Shown here piece after piece: positions 18,419 through 26,826 of a DNA stretch of 32,000 nucleotides. The stretch covers positions 30,001 through 62,000 of the forward strand of contig JAUWGH010000011.1 in the NCBI GenBank assembly GCA_030606485.1, read 5' to 3'. Position 1 is the first letter of the stretch; every line of letters starts with the position of its first letter. The position numbers were made by a program, and so were the translations under genes. Source of the stretch: Promethearchaeota archaeon. GTDB taxonomy: Archaea; Asgardarchaeota; Lokiarchaeia; Sigyniarchaeales; SOKP01. The notes below the pieces were generated by a model, which saw only the letters and a program-made list of their open reading frames with translations, did no database searches and was not told the origin of the DNA.

Positions 18419-18826
18419 CTAAAAAAATTCAGATAACCTAAGTTCTGTTGCATCTTCACCATCCAAATTAGGTCCTGGAAAGAGAAAAGGGGAAAGTCCA
18501 GCTCCCAATCCAGCTCCTAAACGAGGATATCTGATTGTTGATAGAACTAATATTCGATTTTTGCCCGCAGCCATTATGAGGATTAAGCCATTATCTCCCT
18601 CAATCATAATTCTCTTTAGATTTCCACGAACAACCTCTAAAACCCCACGTTCTCCTAATGAAAATATCGCAGCGGTCATAGCGGCAATTTTTGTATCATC
18701 GATCGCCTCGGGAAAAACACTTACAATAAGGGACCCCTCTATTGAAACAATTGCTCCAGCCTCAACGTCAGGATTGGACTTAACCAATCTTTTTAATTCT
18801 CGCTTAAGTGATTTTAAATCATCCAT
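18419..18826 (-). CDS. Roadblock/LC7 (MglB-like) protein, copy 1
   Basis: NPDVEAGAIVSIEGSLIVS, IAAMTAAIFSLGERG, IMIEGDNGLILIMAAG and LVLST give the roadblock alpha-beta-beta-alpha-beta-beta-beta pattern. Confidence 0.9.
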   Translation of the reverse strand: MDDLKSLKRELKRLVKSNPDVEAGAIVSIEGSLIVSVFPEAIDDTKIAAMTAAIFSLGERGVLEVVRGNLKRIMIEGDNGLILIMAAGKNRILVLSTIRYPRLGAGLGAGLSPFLFPGPNLDGEDATELRLSEFF

Positions 18827-18957
18827 TAATTTCTCATTGGATCATTATTTCTCAAATTTATATAAAAATAAATTTAGAAGATAAGTTATTTAATAATTGT
18901 GATAGGAACTAAATAAAATTTATTAATGTTTTATTCAATCTTATTTCCGCAATTTTT
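18503..18957. repeat. About 455-bp dispersed direct repeat, second copy at 28479-28932
   Basis: Covers most of the roadblock CDS, its upstream intergenic region (GGATCATTATTTCTCAAATTT...GAAGATAAGTTATTTAATAATTGTGATA) and the last codons of the upstream zinc-ribbon gene. Confidence 0.95.
18931..18957 (-). pseudogene. Orphan C-terminal half of a double zinc ribbon (KNCGNKIE*)
   Basis: AAA AAT TGC GGA AAT AAG ATT GAA TAA aligns to KICGNKVE* at the end of the 28906-29100 ORF. An in-frame stop lies a few codons upstream. Confidence 0.7.
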
Positions 18958-19040
18958 CGGATCTTTTTATCTTTCTAGAGACTTTAATATCTTTTAGCAA
19001 AATTCTCAATATCATATTTCATTCAGTACTATCTTTTTCT

Positions 19041-19199
19041 TTATTGCTCAATTTCTTTCGAAGTTTTTATTAAGTTATCTATACCCAACCATGTTGGATG
19101 TGTAAAGTGATGTAGCGTAATTATTGGTTCCTTTCTTGCTTTAAATATGATTTCTACAATTTTTGCATAGTGATCAACAACCTCATAATCATTCTGATC
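19041..19199 (-). pseudogene. Internal fragment of a glycoside hydrolase family 1 gene
   Basis: DQNDYEVVDHYAKIVEIIFKARKEPIITLHHFTHPTWLGID... contains the GH1 signature EP..TLHHF..P.W. The fragment is bounded by stops and lacks both catalytic Glu motifs. Confidence 0.75.
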
Positions 19200-19390
19200 T
19201 GATTAAAGAAAGTCGGGATAATTGAAAAATTTGGAGGATAAAATTATACAAAAAATATTAAAATATTAATTTCATTTCCATTAGACAAAAAATACTTAAC
19301 AAAAATGTAAGGTTTATATATTAAAAGATTTTATAGTTCTTTACTTCAAAATATAATTTTAATAAAAATATAATAAGAAAGGTAAAAATT

Positions 19391-19711
19391 ATGCCATATG
19401 TTGTTATAAAGACTTGGTTTCCAACTAATAAAGCAAATGAAGTTGCAAAAATATATATTGAAGAGCGTAAGAAATATCCTTTTGATAGATCTCTAGGAAA
19501 AGAAGTTGTAACTGCTGTTTCGACAGATGAAAATGGTATAATATCCATGGGTGTTATAGATGTAAAAGAAGGCAAACTTGAAGAAACTCTAGCCCGAGAT
19601 AATAACATTTTTGTAATGTACCTTAACATCGAAGGATATAACCGTAAGCAGGAAGTTTGGTCGACTGCTGTAGAAGCCTTGACATTATTAGGAATGAAAG
19701 CGCCAGAATAA
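19391..19711 (+). CDS. Small hypothetical protein (probable ferredoxin-like alpha+beta barrel)
   Basis: Clean 106-aa ORF with AAGG SD, alternating beta/alpha pattern and an oligo-T tract downstream. Confidence 0.75.
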   Translation: MPYVVIKTWFPTNKANEVAKIYIEERKKYPFDRSLGKEVVTAVSTDENGIISMGVIDVKEGKLEETLARDNNIFVMYLNIEGYNRKQEVWSTAVEALTLLGMKAPE

Positions 19712-19930
19712 TTATTTAATATCTAATTTCTTTTTTTTCTTTATCTTTTCCTAATTTATTAGATTTTTTTAAAAAAATTTTTAAGATTTCAAAATTGAAC
19801 TTTATTTTTTTATAAATTTAATTTCAAAAGCAGCTAATAATTTTTTATAAAAAACAATAAATTTACCTAGACCAATAAATATATTTCCACTTTCTATCGA
19901 GCATTAACTTTGTTAGCTAAATAATTATTT

Positions 19931-20205
19931 TTTTGGTTTCATATTTCCCTACATAACAACTTTCGCAAATATATTGGAAAACATTTATAATTTTAATTTT
20001 CAAATCTTTAACTATGTCAAAAATATCCAAAAAATTTTCATCCCCAGTAATGAAGGGTTCGCCGAGGGCAGGTAAAATCATTCTGTCTTTACTCATTGTT
20101 GTGGCTATCGTTTATTTTATAGTAGTTAGTCTGGACGATGGAAGATTTTATTGGTCATTTGTTCCGGTCTTAGTAAAAATCCTTGAAAAAGTAAAAGAGG
20201 TGTAA
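19931..20205 (+). pseudogene. Internally deleted, 3'-truncated ICMT copy with its promoter
   Basis: MSKISKKFSSPV is joined in frame to MKGSPRAGKIILSLL...SLDDGRFYWSFVPVLVKIL, so codons 13-71 (177 bp) of the 15855 gene are missing. Homology ends at about 20185. Confidence 0.9.
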
Positions 20206-20210
20206 AATTT

Positions 20211-20996
20211 TTGGCAGAAATTGCTATTGCATTGTTATCTCCTATCGCTAGTTTTATAGGGAAAATGATAGTAAAGAAAATTAAAAAGAAAATAGACCAA
20301 AAATTAATTAAGATTAATGTGAAAAGTCCAGATTATAATGGAACAGCAAATCACTGGGTTACCTATCTTGACGAGCGTATCAAAACCGAACAAGAAAAAC
20401 AATTTCAATATGCCTATCTTGGAGATGATATCCAAACTTCAATTGAGAAAGATAATAAAGTCTCAACCATAAAAATTCAAGTGCCTAATGTAGATAAGGA
20501 TGCTTTAAAGGAACTTATGTTAAAAAAACAATGGAATAATCAAAATGATCCAATTCATGGAAATGGTGTTTTTAATCTGGCCCTCCCCCAAATTACTCAC
20601 GCGAATTTAGAAGGAGATACATATCAAATCCAGTATCTAAATCTATCCTCGATTCCTCTAAATGGTAAATATCTGTTTACTACTAAATTAGAATCCTTAA
20701 GTTTTGAAAAATATGACCCTGATGAGTTCTATAAACATGGAGGGACCTTTGAAATCCCAATTTATCTAGAAAAATCAACACCAGATTATCATGTTTACCC
20801 AATCACACCTCCAGCGCCAAAAATTCCAGATTATGCTATTAAAACAAAAATCATTAAAGAAAAAATTATCCCATCCATTGAAGAAACTCAAGTTTTTGTA
20901 TTCTGCCCATTTTGTGGAGCTAGAATGCCAAAATCTAAAGATCTTAAATTCTGTTTATCATGTGGGAAAAATATTGAACAACATCTTAATTTTTAA
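20211..20996 (+). CDS. Hypothetical protein with C-terminal double zinc ribbon
   Basis: Unrecognised beta-rich N-domain, Pro-rich linker (PITPPAPKIP), then FCPFCGARM...FCLSCGKNI. TTG start. Confidence 0.8.
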   Translation: MAEIAIALLSPIASFIGKMIVKKIKKKIDQKLIKINVKSPDYNGTANHWVTYLDERIKTEQEKQFQYAYLGDDIQTSIEKDNKVSTIKIQVPNVDKDALKELMLKKQWNNQNDPIHGNGVFNLALPQITHANLEGDTYQIQYLNLSSIPLNGKYLFTTKLESLSFEKYDPDEFYKHGGTFEIPIYLEKSTPDYHVYPITPPAPKIPDYAIKTKIIKEKIIPSIEETQVFVFCPFCGARMPKSKDLKFCLSCGKNIEQHLNF

Positions 20997-21015
20997 CTGT
21001 TAAGGATTAGTTTAA

Positions 21016-21927
21016 ATGACAAAAACTGAAAAATTATTATCTCAGGCAAAAAAATTTGAAATAGAACATCAATTTGAAAAAGCTGCTACACTTTATATAA
21101 AAGCGGCCCAAATATCGTTAAATAAGGGTAATTTGAAAACAGCTACAATTGGGTTTAGTAAGGGGGCAGATTGCTTATATGGTGCTAGAAAAATCAGCAA
21201 TGGACTAAAATATTCTCAACAGGCTTTAGAAATTATCAATAAATTAAATGATTTGAGTGGAAAAGCCGCTATATTGAATAATATTGGAAGAATATTACGT
21301 GAGAGTGATGATCTTGATGAAGCTCTTATGTACTTTAAACGTGCCTTGGAAATTGACGAACAATTAGAAGACTTTATAGGAATAGGTATCAGATTAACTA
21401 ATATCGCAGAAATTCAAGGCAAAAAGGGAGAATTCAGCGAAGCTCTCAAGAACTATCGAAGCGCTATAGTAGTTGTAGAATATACTGGTGATTTGAAGGT
21501 TAACGCCGCTATATTAAATAATATCGGACTATTATTACACGAGCAAGGCGAATTTGGCGATGCACTCGAATCTTATCTTAAAGCTTTGGAAATTGATGAC
21601 TTACTAGGGGATTTAAGGACAAAAGCTATACATTTAACTAACATTGGAGAGCTTTTAGGTGATATGGGCAGGATCGATGAAGGTCTTGAGCACTGGCAAC
21701 AAGCTTTAAAAATAATGGAAGATTTGGACGAAATTATAGATAAAGTTGCTCTATTAAGCCAATTTGGTGAAAAACTAATTAATAAAGATGATTCCGCAAA
21801 AGGTTTTGAATACTTATTAAAGGCTAGAGAAATTGCCAATAGTGTGAGAAATCCAAATCAAAAAGCATTTCTTTTAGAAAAAATCAACACAATTTTACGA
21901 GATAAAGGATTTAATTTTCAAACTTAA
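21016..21927 (+). CDS. TPR protein (40-aa period, MalT/CHAT-associated type)
   Basis: Seven 38-40-aa units plus a partial one, e.g. DLSGKAAILNNIGRIL...ALEIDEQL. Confidence 0.9.
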   Translation: MTKTEKLLSQAKKFEIEHQFEKAATLYIKAAQISLNKGNLKTATIGFSKGADCLYGARKISNGLKYSQQALEIINKLNDLSGKAAILNNIGRILRESDDLDEALMYFKRALEIDEQLEDFIGIGIRLTNIAEIQGKKGEFSEALKNYRSAIVVVEYTGDLKVNAAILNNIGLLLHEQGEFGDALESYLKALEIDDLLGDLRTKAIHLTNIGELLGDMGRIDEGLEHWQQALKIMEDLDEIIDKVALLSQFGEKLINKDDSAKGFEYLLKAREIANSVRNPNQKAFLLEKINTILRDKGFNFQT

Positions 21928-24197
21928 TGAAAATGTCAGATTTAAATAAACTTAGGCAATTAGCTCAAAAATTTGAGGGAGAATTCCAATATAATGAAGC
22001 TGCTAAACATTATTTAAAAGCGGCTGAATTAGATTTAAAAAAAGGCAATAAGAATATCGCTGGAGTGGAATTTAATAGAGCTGCAAAATGTTTATATAAC
22101 ATTGGGAAAATTAATGAAGCTTTAAATTATTTTGAACGTGCTCTGGAAATTGCCGATCAAGTCGGTGATTTGGCAGGTAAAATTGTTCTATTAAATAATA
22201 TTGGAGAAATTTTTCATAATAAACGTGAACTTGATAAGGCATTAAAATATTTTCAACCCGCCTTAGTAATTGCTGAACAGATAGGTATGCTAGAAGGGAA
22301 AACAGCTTTATTAACTAATATCGGAAGCATCTTATATGAAAGTGGAAAACTCGATGTAGCTCTCGATAACTTTCAACATGCCTTAAAAAATGCAGAACAG
22401 TTAGGGGATTTAAGAGCAAAAGCCACTCTTTTAATCCACCTTGGATTGATTTTTCGCGATAAGGGCGAGATTGATGAAGCTCTTCGGTCATACCAACGGG
22501 CTCTGAAAATTGCCGACCATCTAAGAGATTTGAGAATAAGTTCTAGTATATTAATCAACGTTGGAAATATATTACATGATAAGGGGAAACTCGACGAATC
22601 TATCGAGAATTATCAACATGCATTGGAAATTTCTGAACAATTAGGCGATTTAAGGGGAAAAATAACTCCATTAACCAATATTGGGGAAATTTTTCGAGAT
22701 AAAGGAAAGTTGGATGATGCTTTTAAATATTACCAACAAGCTTTGAAAATTGCCGAACAATTAGGCGATTTAGGTGGAAAAGCTGCTCTATTAAATAACA
22801 TTGGCATGGTATTTTACAATAGGGGAGAGCTAAAGGAGGCTTTAAAAAATTATCATCGTGCTTTGGAAATTGATGAACAGTCGGGATACTTGAAAGGAAA
22901 GGCTATCCGATTAAATAATATCGGTTTGGTTTTATATGATCAAGGCGAACTTGATAAAGCCTTGAAATACTATCAACATGCCTTGGAAATTGATAAAAAA
23001 TTAGGAAACTTGAAAGGAAAAGCCGATCGATTAACCAACATTGGAGAGATACTAGTAAATAAGGGTGAATTCAAGAAAGCATTTGAGTGTTACCAGGATG
23101 CTTTGGAAATTGCTAAAAAATTAGGTGATTTGAAGGGTAAAGCTAATCAATTAAACAATATTGGCTTGATATATCTTGATAAAGGCAAGCTCGATAATGC
23201 ACTTGAGAATTTTCAACATGCATTGGAAATTTATGAGCAAATAGGCATCTTGGGAGGCAAAGCAGCTCTATTAAACAATATAGGAACCGTTTTATTTGAT
23301 AAAAATGAAATCAGTGAGGCTCTCGATTACTTACAGCGTTCATTGAATTTATTTCAGAAGAGAATTGCAGGAAAAGAATTAGACTTCAAAACTGGAATAT
23401 TATCTTGTCCAAATGCTATTTGTTCGGCAGAACTAGAAATTAAAATAATGGGTATCCAGGGAGCGATAATTGAAACATGTCCCAGATGTAATATCCAATT
23501 TTCAGTCTGGATTGATTCTATAAACTCAAAATATCAAATTGGGATACTTTCTGATGAAATTTTTGAAACAAGAAGTATTACATCGGGAACAATAGAATTC
23601 CAAGATCAAGTAGGAAGGAAAACGGAAACAACTATTTCGGAATGGTTAAAGCACGGAGCACTAACGACAGAAAACATCGCAGTTTGCCATAAAATAAGAA
23701 AAGATTTCTTAAACTCTTGTACAAATTATTACCAAGCGGCAAGTTTATACCGTGGTCTTGGATTTTTGGAGAAATCGGAGAATATATTGAAAATCCTTGA
23801 AGATTTGTTAATTCATATTGATGAGAAAAATAGGGAAATTTTCGTCCATGAGATTGCCCAGCTTCGGAAAAGAACTTCTGAAAGCTTACGCACAAGAGAT
23901 TTCTCTTACATCTTCATTTCGTGCCCAAGTTGTCAGAAAGAACACCGCGTTCAAGCCAGTCCAACTACAATTGCAACTAAAATTTGTACTCATTGCCGCG
24001 GAAAATTTTCAATCTACTACGATGATAACACGGAAGAATTTTACACCAATATCTTAGAAAACCCAGTGGTTAAGACAAGTATTCGAGATAAGGGGTTGAA
24101 ACGAGATGTTGTAAAATTTTGCGCGAGATGTGGATTAAAAGTGGGTGAAATTGCACAATATTGTGCGAGATGCGGTTTAAAAATGTTGAGAAAATAG
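21927..24197 (+). CDS. TPR protein (12 x 40 aa) with two internal Zn-binding modules and a terminal double zinc ribbon
   Basis: Residues 1-480 parse into twelve 40-aa units (D..GKA..LNNIG). Then CPNAIC..CPRC, CPSC..CTHC and FCARCGLK/YCARCGLK. TAATG stop/start overlap with the upstream gene. Confidence 0.92.
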   Translation: MKMSDLNKLRQLAQKFEGEFQYNEAAKHYLKAAELDLKKGNKNIAGVEFNRAAKCLYNIGKINEALNYFERALEIADQVGDLAGKIVLLNNIGEIFHNKRELDKALKYFQPALVIAEQIGMLEGKTALLTNIGSILYESGKLDVALDNFQHALKNAEQLGDLRAKATLLIHLGLIFRDKGEIDEALRSYQRALKIADHLRDLRISSSILINVGNILHDKGKLDESIENYQHALEISEQLGDLRGKITPLTNIGEIFRDKGKLDDAFKYYQQALKIAEQLGDLGGKAALLNNIGMVFYNRGELKEALKNYHRALEIDEQSGYLKGKAIRLNNIGLVLYDQGELDKALKYYQHALEIDKKLGNLKGKADRLTNIGEILVNKGEFKKAFECYQDALEIAKKLGDLKGKANQLNNIGLIYLDKGKLDNALENFQHALEIYEQIGILGGKAALLNNIGTVLFDKNEISEALDYLQRSLNLFQKRIAGKELDFKTGILSCPNAICSAELEIKIMGIQGAIIETCPRCNIQFSVWIDSINSKYQIGILSDEIFETRSITSGTIEFQDQVGRKTETTISEWLKHGALTTENIAVCHKIRKDFLNSCTNYYQAASLYRGLGFLEKSENILKILEDLLIHIDEKNREIFVHEIAQLRKRTSESLRTRDFSYIFISCPSCQKEHRVQASPTTIATKICTHCRGKFSIYYDDNTEEFYTNILENPVVKTSIRDKGLKRDVVKFCARCGLKVGEIAQYCARCGLKMLRK

Positions 24198-24233
24198 CAA
24201 ATTATTAAATAATTTGCATAAGATTTGTTAGGT

Positions 24234-24506
24234 TTAACGTTGTTTTAAGAAATCCTCATCCAGCTTAATTTGCTCTTTCATCATTGTTAAGATAATATCG
24301 CGCACTTTAAATATTTTTGAATCATCATATTGATCCGCTGATATTAAAGCATGAACATATTCTTTATTTTCCGAAACTTTGGAGACTATCGTGGCTACCT
24401 TAAACATACCATCTCTTAATTTATCTGGTTTTTTGCATTTTTGCAAAATTGTAATAGACTTTTTAAGTACTTTAATATCTTCTTTAATATTTTCTAAATT
24501 GCTCAA
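24234..24506 (-). CDS. Small helical hypothetical protein
   Basis: 90-aa ORF filling the gap between convergent and divergent genes. TTG start with a GAGAG-like upstream sequence. No recognised motif. Confidence 0.6.
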   Translation of the reverse strand: MSNLENIKEDIKVLKKSITILQKCKKPDKLRDGMFKVATIVSKVSENKEYVHALISADQYDDSKIFKVRDIILTMMKEQIKLDEDFLKQR

Positions 24507-24668
24507 TTCTAATTCTCACTCTCTTCTTTTTATATAAAATAAAAATGAACTCGGTATTCATTAATCCTTATTCATTTATTAAATTTAAATAAAATTAAAA
24601 AATATTTGAATATCTATGGTTTAAACTTTAAATTTAAATTTTAAACCTCTAAAAAAGATTTTTAGTGA

Positions 24669-25973
24669 GTGAATTTTATGGAGAAAGTTAAGTATAAAAA
24701 ATTTGTATATCATGTGGAAAATAGGGGGCTAAATTTAAGTGATTTAAAAATTAGTGATATAAGCAAGATTAAAGGACTTGAAAATCTCATGAATCTACAA
24801 ATATTAGATTTGGGTGCAAATCAGATTTCTGAAATTGAAGGGCTTGAAAATCTTAAGAATTTACAAGAACTTTACTTTTATAATAATCAAATTACCGAGA
24901 TTAAGAGGCTTGAAAATCTTGGGAATTTGAAAAAATTAGACCTTCGAAATAATCAAATAACTGAGATAAAAGGAGTTGAGATGCTCAAGAACCTGCAAAT
25001 ATTAATGCTTTCTAATAACAAAGGTTCAACTAATGGGCTGGTTATCAAAAAAAATAAAATTTCTGAGATTAAGGGTTTAGAAAAACTCACTAATTTGCAA
25101 GAATTATATTTATCTCGTAATAATATCTCTGAAATTAAAGGACTTGAAACACTTACGAATTTGCAGAAATTAGACCTTCATTGGAATTATATAAAAGAGA
25201 TTAAGGGCCTCAAAAATCTTACAAAATTGAAAACATTAAATCTACAGGATACCCTAATTACTGAGATTAAAGGGTTAGAGAATCTCACGAATTTGCATAT
25301 ATTAGATTTTAGAGGAAATCAAATCACAGAGATAAAAGGACTCGAAACGCTCATAAATTTGACACGCTTAACTCTTAGTAATAACCAAATCTCTAAGATC
25401 AAGGGATTCGAAAAACTTACAAATTTACAAGAATTATGGCTTGATAGAAATCAAATCTCTGAAATAGAAGGTCTTGAAACTTCCATAAATCTATGGATCT
25501 TAAATCTTGGATATAATCAAATCTCCGAGATCAAAGGACTAGAATCTCTCACGAAACTTACAACATTTTACCTAAAAGAAAATCAAATCCCTCAAGACTT
25601 ATTAAATCAATTGGGTGGTGTAGGTAAAAATGGATTTGCTAAAAGTCCTCAAAATTTGGTAGAATACTGTCGTAAAAAAAGAGAGAAGGAAGAAAAATTG
25701 GAAAAGGAATCACTCGAAAAAATAAAAAAGATAATTAAAGTATCCACCCGAATTAAACTTGATATGCTTATAGATGCTCTTAAAATGGATACACAAACAT
25801 TTAACGAAAAAATTTTCGAATGGGCAGAAAAATTCGGTTTTACAATTGATGGGGATTATTTAATTACTAATATAGATATGGTTTCAGATTTTATAGATGA
25901 ATTAGATAAACAATTTGCCATATGGGAAAAATCAGAAAGAGAAAAAATCAAAAAATTAAATAATTCGATTTGA
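24669..25973 (+). CDS. Leucine-rich-repeat protein (SDS22/internalin-like, 22-aa units) with C-terminal PCI-like winged helix
   Basis: About 12 units of LE.LTNLQ.L.L..NQISEIKG. C-terminal IKKIIKVSTRIKLDMLIDALKM...FEWAEKFGFTIDGDYLI. The start may be ATG at 24678. Confidence 0.88.
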   Translation: MNFMEKVKYKKFVYHVENRGLNLSDLKISDISKIKGLENLMNLQILDLGANQISEIEGLENLKNLQELYFYNNQITEIKRLENLGNLKKLDLRNNQITEIKGVEMLKNLQILMLSNNKGSTNGLVIKKNKISEIKGLEKLTNLQELYLSRNNISEIKGLETLTNLQKLDLHWNYIKEIKGLKNLTKLKTLNLQDTLITEIKGLENLTNLHILDFRGNQITEIKGLETLINLTRLTLSNNQISKIKGFEKLTNLQELWLDRNQISEIEGLETSINLWILNLGYNQISEIKGLESLTKLTTFYLKENQIPQDLLNQLGGVGKNGFAKSPQNLVEYCRKKREKEEKLEKESLEKIKKIIKVSTRIKLDMLIDALKMDTQTFNEKIFEWAEKFGFTIDGDYLITNIDMVSDFIDELDKQFAIWEKSEREKIKKLNNSI

Positions 25974-26081
25974 AACTAAGAATAATGACCCTTATTACTA
26001 AATTTAAAATGAGAATATTTAATTAAAGCTTTTTTAATATTATACACTCTATTTAAACACAAAAAATTAAATAAATAAGAT

Positions 26082-26651
26082 ATGGGAACAGATATCCATT
26101 TATTTGTAGAAAAGAAGGAAAATAATAAGTGGATTTATGTTGGAAAACATGACATAGCTAGAAATTATCCACTCTTCGCAATTTTAGCTAATGTAAGGAA
26201 TGGAATAAGAAGCGGAAAGTTTGAGCCAATTTCATATCCAAGAGGCCTTCCTAATAATGTTTCCCCAGAAGTTCGTAAAAGAGCAGATAATTGGATACTT
26301 GAGTTTCATTCACATAGTTGGTTTTTATTAAAAGAATTGAATCATTTTGATTGGGATGGAAAAAAAGTGAAATTTAAGGCATATGTGAATAAAATAGGTT
26401 ATGATAAGTGGAAAAAAACTGGAAAACCATGGGGAGCAGCACAGTTGGCAGGTGGAAAGATAATTTCACATGAAGAGATGGAAAAATATGACCCAATAAA
26501 AAATGGTTATATTGCCCATACTATGGTGGAATGGGTGCAAACTTATCGTGAATGTTGTATTTATTTTGTTGAAGATTTTTTAAAAGAATTGAATAATATG
26601 AGTAGAGAAAATGGCGAGGATATTAGAATTATTTTTTGGTTTGATAATTAA
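26082..26651 (+). CDS. Conserved hypothetical protein of a family I associate with bacteriophages/bacteria
   Basis: MG.DIH..VE, RNY.LFA.LA.VR, PRGLP...S, HSHSW..L.EL and RI.FWFDN. Family recalled, not searched. Confidence 0.7.
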   Translation: MGTDIHLFVEKKENNKWIYVGKHDIARNYPLFAILANVRNGIRSGKFEPISYPRGLPNNVSPEVRKRADNWILEFHSHSWFLLKELNHFDWDGKKVKFKAYVNKIGYDKWKKTGKPWGAAQLAGGKIISHEEMEKYDPIKNGYIAHTMVEWVQTYRECCIYFVEDFLKELNNMSRENGEDIRIIFWFDN

Positions 26652-26722
26652 TTCAACTATAAATGATATTGAATATACTGTTCGAAAAAGATTTTCTTGA
26701 TTATTTAGGACCATAATATTAT

Positions 26723-26812
26723 TTAGTTAAAAATTTTCTGTTCCTTTGTTAGTTTGCTTCCGCAATGCTTACAAAATTTTCGACTCTTTATCAATTCTAC
26801 TGTTTCTTTCAT
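26723..26812 (-). pseudogene. Out-of-frame, truncated zinc-ribbon tail of the gelsolin gene
   Basis: MKETVELIKSRKFCKHCGSKLTKEQKIFN* aligns without gaps to ETKVLIKSRKFYKNCGSKLKNRQKV of the 28906 ORF. One extra A in the A7 run near 26840 would fuse it to the gelsolin ORF. Confidence 0.75.
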
Positions 26813-26826
26813 CACTATTGTCGTTT

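Noticed and set aside
18561-18884. Duplicated plus-strand ORFs 18561-18884 and 28537-28887
   Set aside because: They are antisense shadows of the roadblock genes, and their similarity comes from the duplication.
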